Shown here one piece after another: positions 52,027 through 63,680 of a stretch of DNA of 64,000 nt. Position numbers and translations under genes: made by a program. Each line of letters starts with the position of its first letter. The first letter of the stretch is position 1. This DNA comes from Macrostomum lignano. Taxonomy: Eukaryota. The notes beneath the pieces were generated by a model. That model saw nothing but the letters and a program-made list of their open reading frames with translations. It was not told the origin of the DNA and ran no database searches. The stretch lies in assembly GCA_002269645.1 (NCBI GenBank), contig NIVC01000061.1:1138610-1202609 (forward strand), in the 5' to 3' direction.

Positions 52027-53067
52027 CTAATAGGCTTATATATTTTTGTGACAATTGTTATTTGTCCAGTTAAATTGATATTTTATTTTACAGAAACTAT
52101 ATAAGGGTAACTATTCCTGGACTTCAAAGACTTCTTACTTGTATCTTGATTATTATGTTGTTTTACTAGTGTATATCTTATGTATCAAATTATGCCAAAT
52201 TGCATATACATTACATATATCTGCTTTGCTTGCACTAATAACAAAATATTAATCAGGATATAAGAAAGGGTTTAAAAATCTAGAATATTTATCACTAAAC
52301 AAATAGATACTTATGTTAGCAATTTAACTGCACAAATGGCAAAAAGGCTAGACAAATAACAACTGCCTATTTTTGCATATTGCACAAGTGTCTAAAAATG
52401 AAAAATGTAAGCTTTTATGAAAAAAGATGACAGCTTGTTATTATCCTAAGACCTAATTAAAGCTAGATATATAATTTTTAGAAAGTTTTTTTTATTTTCA
52501 AAAAGTATTTTTCTTTTGTTTCAAATTTATGTATTGGTTTTTATTCTATTTAATTTCTTTGCAAAGTTATTGATTTGCAAGAAACTAGGTCTAATTTGAT
52601 TTAAATTTGCCTTTTGCATATATATTAAAAAGCTATAGGGCCCTCGTTGAAATCTATAGGCCTAGAAAAAATATTTAGACCAGCTAATTTTTTTTCAAAT
52701 TAGCTTTAAAAAATTATAAGTCTTTAGCAATTATGCATAACTTTTTTTATATAAAATTTGAAAAAAAATGTTTAATGCTTTCAATGAGCACTCTGTTTCT
52801 AAGTTAATTTATTTAGTTCAACCATTTAGACCACTTGGCTAATATACAATGTAAAATGTACATTCACAATAATGCTACGGAGTTTTATGATCCTTTGTGA
52901 TAAAAATTTAATTGTAGTATTGATTAAATTTTATCATTTATTAGCTAATAAATGAATGATGATCAATTAAAAAGGGGTGTTAAAGATAAAACAAAGCCTT
53001 TTTTATCAATCTTTCAAGTTGCTATGATCTTATTTGTGTTTTTTTATAATATAGAAAGGGTGGCATA

Positions 53068-53874
53068 CAGTGATGGGCACTAGCGCTGCTAAATTTGAAT
53101 TCCGTTGAAATTGAAATGCCGCTAATATTTTGTTGGTGCCACTAATTCTGCTAAATTGAAATTCTGATTAGCTTGCGCTATCAAAGTGCCGCTAACGTTT
53201 TCTAAAAGTTGCTAATTGCACTAAGATTTATTTTTTGCTAAAAAAATTAGAGGGTTAATGACTGTTCAATACTTAAAATAAGACCCTCTTTGATTAGTAA
53301 GTTAAAGATTATGTAAATGTTTCTAATTTTCTTAAAAATGTGAAACAAAATTTGAATATCTATTTTCATTTTTCATTATCAACAAGGTTTCAAGGTTCAA
53401 AATATCATCAATGAATTCAACATTCAACTCATTTGGTATTCTAAGCAATGAGATGCAAAGTAACAGGCTATCAACAGGGTGATGGTAGGGTTTAGAAATC
53501 CTGTACTACCATTTCAAGCTGATGATCTTGCCTTCCTTCTTGTGTATAAGAAGGCCATGGCCTAGTGGCAATAGCCCTTGATATTCTTCAAGGCAAATAG
53601 CATTGCCATTTAGGAATTCTTTCTACCAACTGTTGCTTTGACAGTTCACTGGCTTGAGGATTTTTTATTAGCAATGGCATTATTAGCTTATTCATTTAAA
53701 ATGTGTGAGTTAAAAATGAGCAGAAATGCATAAATATGTGAAATAACAGTTTATATTAAATATATTTATTAATTAGCACATTTCAAAATTAGCGGTACTA
53801 ATTGTGCTAAATTTCAAAGTAGAAACAGTGATAATAAGCAGCGCTTAAAATAAATTTAGTGGTGCCCATCACTG
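53068..53874. mobile_element. hAT-type non-autonomous element (MITE)
   Basis: TIR CAGTGATGGGCAC at both ends. Flanking 8-mers GTGGCATA / GTAGCATA (7/8). Subterminal GCTAA repeats. Confidence 0.85.
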
Positions 53875-54558
53875 GTAGCATAGTTTTGCAATTGTAGATA
53901 GGGGTAGCTAATGGGCCTATTTAATTTAGGTTCATTTGGCAAATTGGTATTTACTCGTACATTTTATACAAATTAGAAGTAGGTCAAATATTCCAAAAAA
54001 AGATTGCTTGCAATAGGCATTCCATTTAGGAGTTTTGAATGCCTACCATAGAGGGGCCTAATGCACTAGTCCCTACTATATTGGCTAATGGGTTGAATTG
54101 CACCACAAATTGCAACTAGTTTGTCAAAGCTAGCCTTATTTTTCTTTGTTGTAAATGCTTAAGCCTGCTTAATGCTTAATGCTTAGACTGCTACTTGCAA
54201 AAAACACTTTTGGCTTGAGTAAGCTTAGGGATATTAGGCATTAACTAACTGCTAAGTCAAAATGAGTGCACTTTTCTCGTTCTCTTTATCAAAATTCTGC
54301 TGCTTTAACATGGGAAGGGCACTTTACTGACCGAATTTTTTATTATATTATTACAGTTAAAAATAGCCAGCTAAATAATTTCTTACCTAAACACTTTCGG
54401 TGCACGAACTCAGACTGAGCTGAGAGGCTACACAGACTTGCAGTTCAAATCTTCTCTGTTATATTCTCAGCGCTCATTTCAACTAGCCGCTAAACTCTGT
54501 TCACAATATCTGTCAGAGTCTATTGTTGGATAATCCCGCAGAGAACACACTAACAATA

Positions 54559-57500
54559 ATGCAGCAGCAGCAGTCGCAGCAAGGCTCCGGCAATGACTAT
54601 GACCCATTGTTCAGCATCGACTTGCTGAATGTCGAGCTGCTTGAAGGAACTGAGCAGCAGCAGCAGCCACCACTTCTGCCGCAGCAGCAACAGCAACCAC
54701 CGCATCACTATCCAGACTCTTCTGATAGCAGCTTTGCTGTCAGCCTGTCTCCTTTGTCCAGCTGTTCGTCCGGCTTCAGTCCGCACTCGTTTGGCCACCA
54801 TCAGCAGCAGCAGCAGCAGCCAATGCCGCTGTTCCTTGAAGAGCAAGGCCCAGATTTCCTGCAGCTCAATGCGGATTCAACATCGCCGCACCAGCCTCCG
54901 TTTCTGCAGCAGCAGCAGCAGCGACAACAACAAACTCAAGCTCAGGCCTGCTCAGGTGCATTCAAGACCGAGCCCTCAGTGCCCGACGATGTCGTGGGCG
55001 CTGCGGCCGCTGCCCCAGCCGTCCAGCCTGGCAAAGCTGGCGGACAGCGGCACCCGAGAGACGATAAAATCTGCGGCGTCTGCGGCGACAAAGCTTTGGG
55101 CTTCAACTTTGACGCCGTGAGCTGTGAATCCTGCAAAGCCTTCTTCAGGCGGAATGCTGTTAAAGGAGTTGTAAGATTTTGTCGTCTGTTTCTTTCCTTA
55201 ATGTTACTTGTCCTATTCCTGTTGCCTGTACCAGCCTCCCAGATCCTCAGTTGCTGGGCCAGCCTCCCAGATCCTCAGTTGCTGGGCCAGCCTCCCAGAT
55301 CCTCAGTTGCTGGGCCAGCCTCCCAGATCCTCAGTTGCTGCGCCAGCCTCCCAGATCCTCACTTGCTGGGCCAGCCTCCCAGATCCTCAGTTGCTGGGGC
55401 AGCCTCCCAGATCCTCAGTTGCTGGGCCAGCCTCCCAGATCCTCAGTTGCTGGGCCAGCCTCCCAGATCCTCAGTTGCTGCGCCAGCCTCCCAGATCCTC
55501 AGTTGCTGGGCCAGCCTCCCAGATCCTCAGTTGCTGCGCCAGCCTCCCAGATCCTCACTTGCTGCGCCAGCCTCCCAGATCCTCAGTTACCGGGCCAGCC
55601 TCCCAGACCCTCAGTTACCGGGCCAGCCTCCCAGACCCTCAGTTACCGGGCCAGCCTCCCAGACCCTCAGTTACCGGGCCAGCCTCCCAGACCCTCAGTT
55701 ACCGGGCCAGCCTCCCAGACCCTCAGTTGCCGGGCCAGCCTCCCAGACCCTCAGTTACCGGGCCAGCCTCCCAGACCCTCAGTTGCCGGGCCACCTGCAA
55801 TTACAGGAGGCATTCAAGTGCCCCTACAGCGGCGCCTGCAGCATAGACGTTTCAAATCGCCGCTTCTGCAAGCGCTGCCGGCTGGCCAAGTGCTTCGACA
55901 TCGGCATGAAGCGGGAGTACATTCTCACCGAAGAGGAGAAACTGGAGAAGCGGAAGAAGATTGATCAGAATAAGTGAGTCAGCAGCAGTTAAATTGTAAA
56001 TACGCATTTCTTATCATTTGTGTTTTTAGTTTCAGGGCTTCAATTTGGGACTTCATGACTCATATTCGGGACTTCGGGGCTCAGTTTCGGGACTTCATGA
56101 CTCAGATTCGGGACTTCAGGGCTCAGATTTGAGACTTCAGGGCTCAGATTCGGACTTCGGGGCTCAGATTCGGGACTTCAGGGCTCAGATTCGGACTTCA
56201 GGGCTCAGATTCGGGAATTCAGGGCTCAGATTTGGTTTGCAGTTTCGATCCGAAGCACACTGTTAAAGATTTTCAGATCTCCCAATTTTGCTGTTAGTTC
56301 TGGGCCCGCTCGTATCTGTAAGCATGCAGTTTTGGAAGTACTTTTAGAATCTTACATTTCCACGACGCACTAGAAAGAGAGTGCCAGTTTGGCTAAGGAT
56401 GTTGATTTTTTCCTGTGTTTTTTGCTCTCATAATTGGACGGCAGTTAATAGAGCGGGGGCAGGCGAGCAGGGAGTCTTTTTCAATGCCTAAGCAGATTCT
56501 GGTGCTTGCGTTTCGTTCAATGCCGGTTCAGATGACGCTACAGTTGACGAAGATTTCCGCATTATCAAAAATATCATATTTTTTGATTGATGGTACGCAA
56601 AATTCATTGCATCAGCCTGACACTCGGTCTGTTAATAGTACATTAGCTTTTGTAAGAATTTGTAAGAATGTACTTTTATAAGTTCAAAGCTTTGCTGTTC
56701 CAATTTATGCTTATGGGAGTATAGCCAAATGTTTTTTGTTTTATTTTACAATTTCTCACTGATCTCCAAGCTATATTATCCCAATCTTCACGTTCCACAC
56801 TCAATCTTCACGATCCCTACCCAATCTTTACGACCCCTACCAAATCTTCACGATCCCTACCCAATCTTCACGATCCCTACCCAATCTTTACGACCCCTAC
56901 CAAATCTTCACGATCCCTACCCAATCTTCACGATCCCCACCCAATCTTTACGACCCCTACCCAATCTTCACGATCCCTACCCAATCTTCACGATCCCCAA
57001 CCAATCTTCACGATCCCCACCCAATCTTCACGATCCCCACCCAATCTTCACGATCCCCACCCAATCTTCACGATCCCCACCCAATCTTCACGATCCCCAC
57101 CCAATCTTTAAGATCCCCACCCAATCTTCACGATCCCCACCCAATCTTCACGATCCACACTCAATCTTCACGATCCCCACCCAATCTTCACGATCCCCAC
57201 CCAATCTTCACGACCCCTACCCAATCTTCACGATCCCCACCCAACCTTCACGATCCCCACCCAATCTTCACGATCCCCACCCAATCTTCACAATCCCCAC
57301 CCAATCTTCACGATCCCCACCCAATCTTTAAGATCCCCACCCAATCTTTAAGATCCCCACCCAATCTTCACGATCCCCACCCAATCTTTAAGATCCCCAC
57401 CCAATCTTCACGATCCCCACCCAATCTTCACGATCCCACCCAATCTTCACGATCCCCACCCAATCTTCACGATCCCCACCCAATCTTCACGATCCCCACC

Positions 57501-59303
57501 CAATCTTCACAATCCCACCCAATCTTCACGATCCCCACCCAATCTTCACGATCCCCACCCAATCTTTAAGATCCCCACCCAATCTTCACGATCCCCACCC
57601 AATCTTTAAGATCCCCACCCAATCTTTAAGATCCCCACCCAATCTTCACGATCCCCACCCAATCTTCACGATCCACACTCAATCTTCACGATCCCCACCC
57701 AATCTTCACGATCCCCACCCAATCTTCACGATCCCCACCCAATCTTTACGATCCCCACCCAATCTTCACGATCCCCACCCAATCTTCACGATCGCAAGCT
57801 TTCACGACCTCCAATCTTCACAGTCAAGATCCAACCTTCACAATCCGTGATGCACCAGCCAGCCTGGTTACTGGTTATCATAATTTATTGCGTCCCCCCA
57901 TATCGCAGGCTAATCCGCACCCTGGAGTCGCTGCAGCTGCTGCCAAGGACCTGACCCCGGCTGACCTGGCGGACCGGGAGCTGCTCTCTGACGCCGAGCT
58001 GCAGGACGTGAAGTTCATCCTGGACGCGTACGCCGCCTCCGAGGCTGTGAAGCTGCCAGAGCGCCAGGGCCAGCGAGCCGTCAGCTTTGACGATCTGATC
58101 AACTTTGCCGAGCTGTCGGTGGTTCGAGTTATCGAGCTGTGCAAGCAGCTGCCGGAGTTCCTGCGGCTCAGCCCGCCGGACCGGGTGGCGCTGATGAAGG
58201 GCGGCGCTCTGGAGCTCATCCTGCTGCGCGGCGTCATCAGCTTCGACCCGGAACGGGCGCGCTTCCTTGACTCAGGCGATGTTGAGTCAGCGGAGCAGGT
58301 GACCCCATTGACCCGCCTAGCTAACCCTGATTCCAAAAAATCCCCTTTTTATTGATATTTATCACATGGCATCGGCCTGAAAATGTCATGTATATTTTAA
58401 TATGAATTTTTATCACGCAATTTAAAAGTCCTAAATATCCCATATCAATTTATTTCAGTTTTGATCCCCTAAGATTCCTTCTGTTCTGGTTATTAGCCGC
58501 GTTCACTTACCCCATTCTTCCCCACTCAGCTGTTGATCCCCTTTAACCTAAATCCCATTCCTCCCCACCCAGCTGTTGATCCCCTTTAACCTAAATCCCA
58601 TTCCTCCCCACCCAGCTGTTGATCCCCTTTAACCTAAATCCCATTCCTCCCCACCCAGCTGTTGATCCCCTTTAACCTAAATCCCATTCCTCCCCACCCA
58701 GCTGTTGATCCCCTTTAACCTAAATCCCATTCTTCCCCACTCAGCTGTTGATCCCCTTTAACCTAAATCCCATTCCTCCCCACTCAGCTGTTGATCCCCT
58801 TTAACCTAAATCCCATTCCTCCCCACCCAGCTGTTGATCCCCTAATAAAAAATCCCACTCCTGAAACACTCGCAGGACTCAATGGAGGGCGGCGATTTTC
58901 TCAAAGCCGCCGGCTCCAGCGGCTACGCCTTCCTTCAGTTGGCCCGCTCCCTTCGCGTCAATCTGCAGTGCGACCGCGCCACCCTCATCCTACTGCTAGT
59001 AGTCTGCCTGTTCAGTGCCGACCGGCCCGGCCTGACGCCGGAGGGCCGCGACTCGGCCGAGGAGGCGCAGGTTCGCTACTCGCTGGTGCTGGACCGGCTG
59101 CTCAGGACTCGGCTGCCAGGCCAGGAGGCTCGCAAGATTTATCCCAACTGCTCACTCAGCTGGCCGAGCTGCGCAATCTGGAGAAGGATTTCAGCGATCT
59201 CGCCGCCCTGACCGATCCGCGGGTTGTCCGACCGCTGATGGCCGAGCTGCTGGACATGCAGGAGGGACACGACGGCAAGAAAGGTGGAGGTGGCCAGTTC
59301 TAA
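54559..59303 (+). CDS. HR96: Nuclear receptor of the HR96/DAF-12/NHR-8 (NR1J) group
   Basis: Exons 54559-55170, 55807-55973, ~57824/57863/57910-58298, 58876-59303. DBD CGVCGDKALGFNFDAVSCESCKAFFRRNA (ESCKA P-box) plus second finger CPYSGAC..FCKRCRLAKCFDIGMKRE. LBD signature FAELSVVRVIELCKQLPEF..DRVALMKGGALELILLRG; AF-2-like PLMAELLD. The exon-3 acceptor is ambiguous and a frameshift is needed near 59147. Confidence 0.88.
55228..55795. repeat. 28 bp minisatellite CCAGCCTCCCAGATCCTCAGTTGCTGGG
   Basis: HR96 intron 55171-55806. Confidence 0.95.
56040..56232. repeat. 21 bp minisatellite TTCGGGACTTCAGGGCTCAGA
   Basis: HR96 intron 2, donor-proximal part. Confidence 0.88.
56775..57845. repeat. 20 bp minisatellite CCAATCTTCACGATCCCCAC
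   Basis: HR96 intron 2, acceptor-proximal part. Confidence 0.96.
58508..58850. repeat. 43 bp minisatellite CCCATTCCTCCCCACCCAGCTGTTGATCCCCTTTAACCTAAAT
   Basis: HR96 intron 58299-58875. Confidence 0.95.
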
Positions 59304-59479
59304 GATGCCCGACTCATTCCCCATCATAGATGGCTTTGGCTCGCCCGCGCGACACTTCACGGCTTATGGCTGCATGTTTATTGCCTTTAGTTTTACAGGG
59401 TCTGGGATTTCTAACTGAGAGGAACGCCCTGGAAATCCTCAAGTCTCGTGTGGGGATCAGGTTGCCTTATCGGAGTAAT

Positions 59480-59895
59480 CCCTTGGAATGAGGGCCGGTA
59501 TCCCTAAATCCCTCTCAGAATGGGGATCAAAATCCCTAAATTCCTCTCATAATGGGGATCATAATCCCTAAATCCCTTCCAGAATGGGGATCATAATCCC
59601 TAAATCTCTTCCAGAATGGGGATCAGAATCCCTAAATCCCTCTCAGAATGGGGATCAAAATCCCTAAATTCCTCTCATAATGGGGGTAAAAATCCCTAGA
59701 AATCCCTCTCAGAATGGAGACCAGTATCCCCAATTCCCTTCCAGAATGGGATCAGGATCGTTAAATCCCTCTTAGAATGGAGATCAGAATCCCTAAATCC
59801 CTTCCAGAATGGGGATCAGAATCCCTAAATCCCTTCCAGAATGGGAATCAGGATCCCTAAGTCCCTCTCAGAATGGGGATCAGAAAATCCCAAAA
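59480..59895. repeat. ~31 bp degenerate repeat CAGAATGGGGATCAGAATCCCTAAATCCCTTC
   Basis: Just downstream of the HR96 stop codon. Confidence 0.85.
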
Positions 59896-60484
59896 TCTTT
59901 TGGAACGGGGATCAGATGACGTCATTCCAATTAGGGATTAAAATACTTGCAGTTTTTTAATTCATTGCTCACATTTACAATGTTGGGATCTTAGGCCATC
60001 AGAACTGAAGGCATATCAGTGTGTCTGTGCGTATAAATTCAACATTTTTCAGTATCTCAAAGCCCATGTGCACTACTAAAAGTATAAGTAGTTGGGTGTG
60101 TATTTTTTTACAATTATATTGATTAGGCAGGACCACCCAGCGCCGTCTCCCAGGTTTACAAGCCTACCGGGCCAGCGCCTGCCCTTATTTGTTGATAATT
60201 TATATCTACTATTAGCCGATGTATCTGTCATTTCCTTGCTTTCTTTGTTGTTGAATTGTTTTCTTATGCGTTTGCTTTTCACTTCCATTGTGAATCCAAT
60301 GATTCTCTGCGCAGCTAACTGCTTACTGATTGTATTCGGACTCGCTTGTTGTTTCATGTTGCATCTGTTTTATAATTCAATAGGGCTCCATTTTTCCTCT
60401 CATTTTCTACTGCTTTTTTGTTGAGTAGTCGGATTGACCCTTTCATTCCCCACGTCTCACAGCGCATCTCACCTCTATTTCATT

Positions 60485-60745
60485 TTCCCTCTACCTCGAC
60501 CCTTCTATCTTTATCCCTCTACTTCTACCCCTCTATCTCTACCCCTCTACCTCTACCCTTCTACCTCTCCCCTCCCCTCTATCTCTACCCCTCTATCTCT
60601 ACCCCTCTATCTCTACTCCTCTATCTCTACCTCTACCCTCTACCTCTACCCTTCTATCTTTATCCCTATACTTCTACTCCTATATCTCTACCCCTCTATC
60701 TCTACCCCTCTACCTCTACCCCCTACCTCTACCCCTTGATCTCAC
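60485..60745. repeat. Polypyrimidine CTCTAC(C)-type microsatellite
   Basis: Direct inspection; explains spurious ORFs at 60418 and 60434. Confidence 0.9.
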
Positions 60746-61444
60746 CCCGCATCTCTATCCGTGTCCAAGAAATTTATCTCATTCGCGCCCCCTCTATAAA
60801 ACTGCAATTCTCGCCAGCTCAACTAACTTGCCTGCCAGTGTCTGTCAATCTCTCCATCTGTCTGCTTTGCCCAGCCAGACTCTCACCCCAGTTCCCCAAC
60901 TTGGCGCCGGGAGGGGGGCATCAGAGAACCCACAGCGCCGCAGTGTTGCCAAATTTATCCCACATTGTTCCCTTTTTAACCGCCACCCATACACTGTATG
61001 AAATTCATGTATCTTTTGATTTTTTAAATTTAAATTCTTTGTACTGTTCGATACGCGCCAGTGTTTATTATATCTTATTTTGTAGAGGGCAGTATTTTTG
61101 TTATACAGGGTCTTCTTAATTAGCTGAACCTGCTATTTTAAGATTAGAAATGTATATATAAAGTTAAATATATAAGATATCTTATATGTGCGTTGACTGC
61201 TTTGCCTACTGTCATGGAGTTCCTGTTTAGTATGTATCAACGATGCTAGAATAACTAGATATGTTCCTGGATAATCTTTTAGAAAAAAGACTTTATCAGT
61301 AGCTTGTCTGTGCAGTGTCACTTAATTTAATGGGGCAACTAATATTTCTTTTCCTTCCTCTGCGTTTGCGGCCTCATGGGTTAGAAATAAACAACAAGCG
61401 TTTTTAACTCGATGTACACAAAGTGAGCGCAAGACGAACGAAAC

Positions 61445-61535
61445 TCAGCCAATGAGAGAGCAGTTAAGGAGAGAGAGGTCAGAGAAAGACGGACAAAACT
61501 CATTCCAGGCCCAATTTAGCTCAGCCAATCAGAAA
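61445..61535 (+). promoter_or_regulatory. CCAAT-box cluster (NF-Y-like)
   Basis: CTCAGCCAATGAG (CCAAT at 61449), GCCCAAT (61511) and CTCAGCCAATCAG (61525). Confidence 0.45.
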
Positions 61536-62719
61536 GCAGTGCGCACAAGCGGCCTAGAGAAAGCCTAACTGTTTATCGGCCTGGCTGGGGGCTGGGAGCG
61601 CCATCCCTTTTCTGTCTTACTTGCTATGCACACGCACTGTATTTGGTTTTTTTCAATTTTTCTGCAATATTTAGTCTGAGGCAGTCTGGAGTCGGTAAAA
61701 CACGATTAGTTTAATAGGTCTGCTTATAGAAAGCCAGGGGCTAATTTCGCTACTGAAAAAAGAGTAGATGAGCGCACTTCTGCAAGTGGCATATCCAGTT
61801 ACTCTAATCTCTGCTATGTACTGCATGGATACAGTTGGCAATATTTATCGCTTCGCTCGCGTTTCTGAAGCCGCCCCAACTCTTTCCCACAAGTATTTCC
61901 TCCAAATTGCTTTGCTTGGACACGGACTTTTATATACAGTAATTGCGTCCTTTTTAAATACTGATTAAAACAGTAGTTTTAACGCGAACACTAATATAAT
62001 TTGTGAAAATCGTTAACGCTATCTTGTCTATCGCTTTTCCTGTCCGGTTGGATGAAAATTTATCGAATTGAATGCTTTTAAAGACATGTCTGCCTGTCTA
62101 CTCCAGAGATTCTGGTTATCAGCAAGCTTTGCTACTCCATGTGCTGGCCATAAATACTACTCTTTATTTTAGTAACTGATGCGCATATTGCAGGACAAAT
62201 TTTTACTTCAAGAAATTACAGTTCCTCAAGCGTGATAGTCGGTTCGCTGGTGTTAGTTGTGGCAAACAAATTTTACTAATTTATCCGGCAACACGCGCTC
62301 AGTCTACTCGTAGATTAAGAGCAGTACTATACACAAGACTTTATTATATTTATTAATTCAATGCTGAATGGACTTTCTTGTTGATATCTATTACCTTCGG
62401 TGTACTTGATGAGTCAGTGTTTGCCATTGTCGTTGCGCTTTTGCCTTGTCAATATCAAGGCTTATAAATGTATACTATTCTTGTTTATAGTTGAGTGCAG
62501 TCTGTTGATTCATTCATAAATTATAGCAATTATACATGTATTTGTTAATATAATGTATGTGTGTATGCCATTTTGTGTTTGGCCCACATTATAAACTTTA
62601 TTATATTATATTTTATCTGGTATCAAATACCTACCTTTGTTTCGTTAAAGTTAGATGGATATTGATGTAGAGAAAAATGCATTGTTGAATCTGCATTGCA
62701 TAATCCGAGACTGGCAGGC

Positions 62720-63275
62720 ACATTCTTTAATGTACATTGTGTAATCAGCCATTGGCAGACACATTCTTTAATGTCCATTGTGTAATCAGCCATTGGCAGA
62801 CACATTCTTTAATGTCCATTGTGTAATCAGCCATTGGCAGGCACATTCTTAATGTACATTGTGTAATCAGCCATTGGCAGACACATTCTTCAATGTCCAT
62901 TGTGTAATCAGCCATTGGCAGACACATTCTTTAATGTCCATTGTGTAATCAGCCATTGGCAGACACATTCTGACATTCTTCAATGTACATTTGTAATCAG
63001 CTATTGGCAGACACATTCTGACATTCTTCAATGTACATTTGTAATCAGCTATTGGCAGACACATTCTGACATTCTTCAATGTACATTTGTAATCAGCTAT
63101 TGGCAGACATTCTGACATTCTTCAATGTACATTTGTAATCAGCTATTGGCAGACACATTCTGACATTCTTCAATGTACATTTGTAATCAGCTATTGGCAG
63201 ACACATACTGACATTCTTCAATGTACATTTGTAATCAGCTATTGGCAGACACAGTCTTCAATGTCCATTGTGTAA
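62720..63275. repeat. ~40-48 bp minisatellite GTAATCAGCCATTGGCAGACACATTCT(GACATTCT)TCAATGTACATT
   Basis: Direct inspection. Confidence 0.92.
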
Positions 63276-63318
63276 TCATTCGCAGTTGACTTTTCTAAGA
63301 AAGACAGACGGTGTGGAG

Positions 63319-63332
63319 GTTACCATGGCAAC
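63319..63332. promoter_or_regulatory. RFX X-box
   Basis: GTTACCATGGCAAC, a consensus-quality match. Confidence 0.55.
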
Positions 63333-63453
63333 TGGTTAAAATATGATAATGAAACGAACGCACAGACCAAATGCCAAAATGCTAAAAAAGTAGCGCCAAG
63401 GTGTTTAAAGCTGAATAATTAAGTAATAAAGCTGGCATGCTACAAATCCAGTT

Positions 63454-63680
63454 TCACTTTACTGTAAGTTGACAACCACAGCAGCTCTCAGAGGCTGTCA
63501 GCTCACTCGTTAACCAGCTCTCCCGCTCCCAGTGGTTTAACCGCAATCCGATCTCGCACCAAACACGAGCCTCGGCTGTTTTATGCAGGTTTAAACAAGC
63601 ATTCAAGCTACCAAAACTGCTGTACAGTCCATTAGTGCAGCGCATGGCTCAAATGCTTTTCTACCCTGCAACTATCTCTC
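63454..63680 (-). pseudogene. Possible degenerate TPR-repeat coding fragment
   Basis: AALMDCTAVL in one frame and ACLNLHKTAEARVWCEIGLRLN in another resemble consecutive TPR helices. Frames are discontinuous. Confidence 0.3.

Noticed and set aside
56415-56681. Candidate missing HR96 hinge exon ending at the donor after 56592
   Set aside because: The frame needed to bridge phase 2 to phase 0 contains stop codons.
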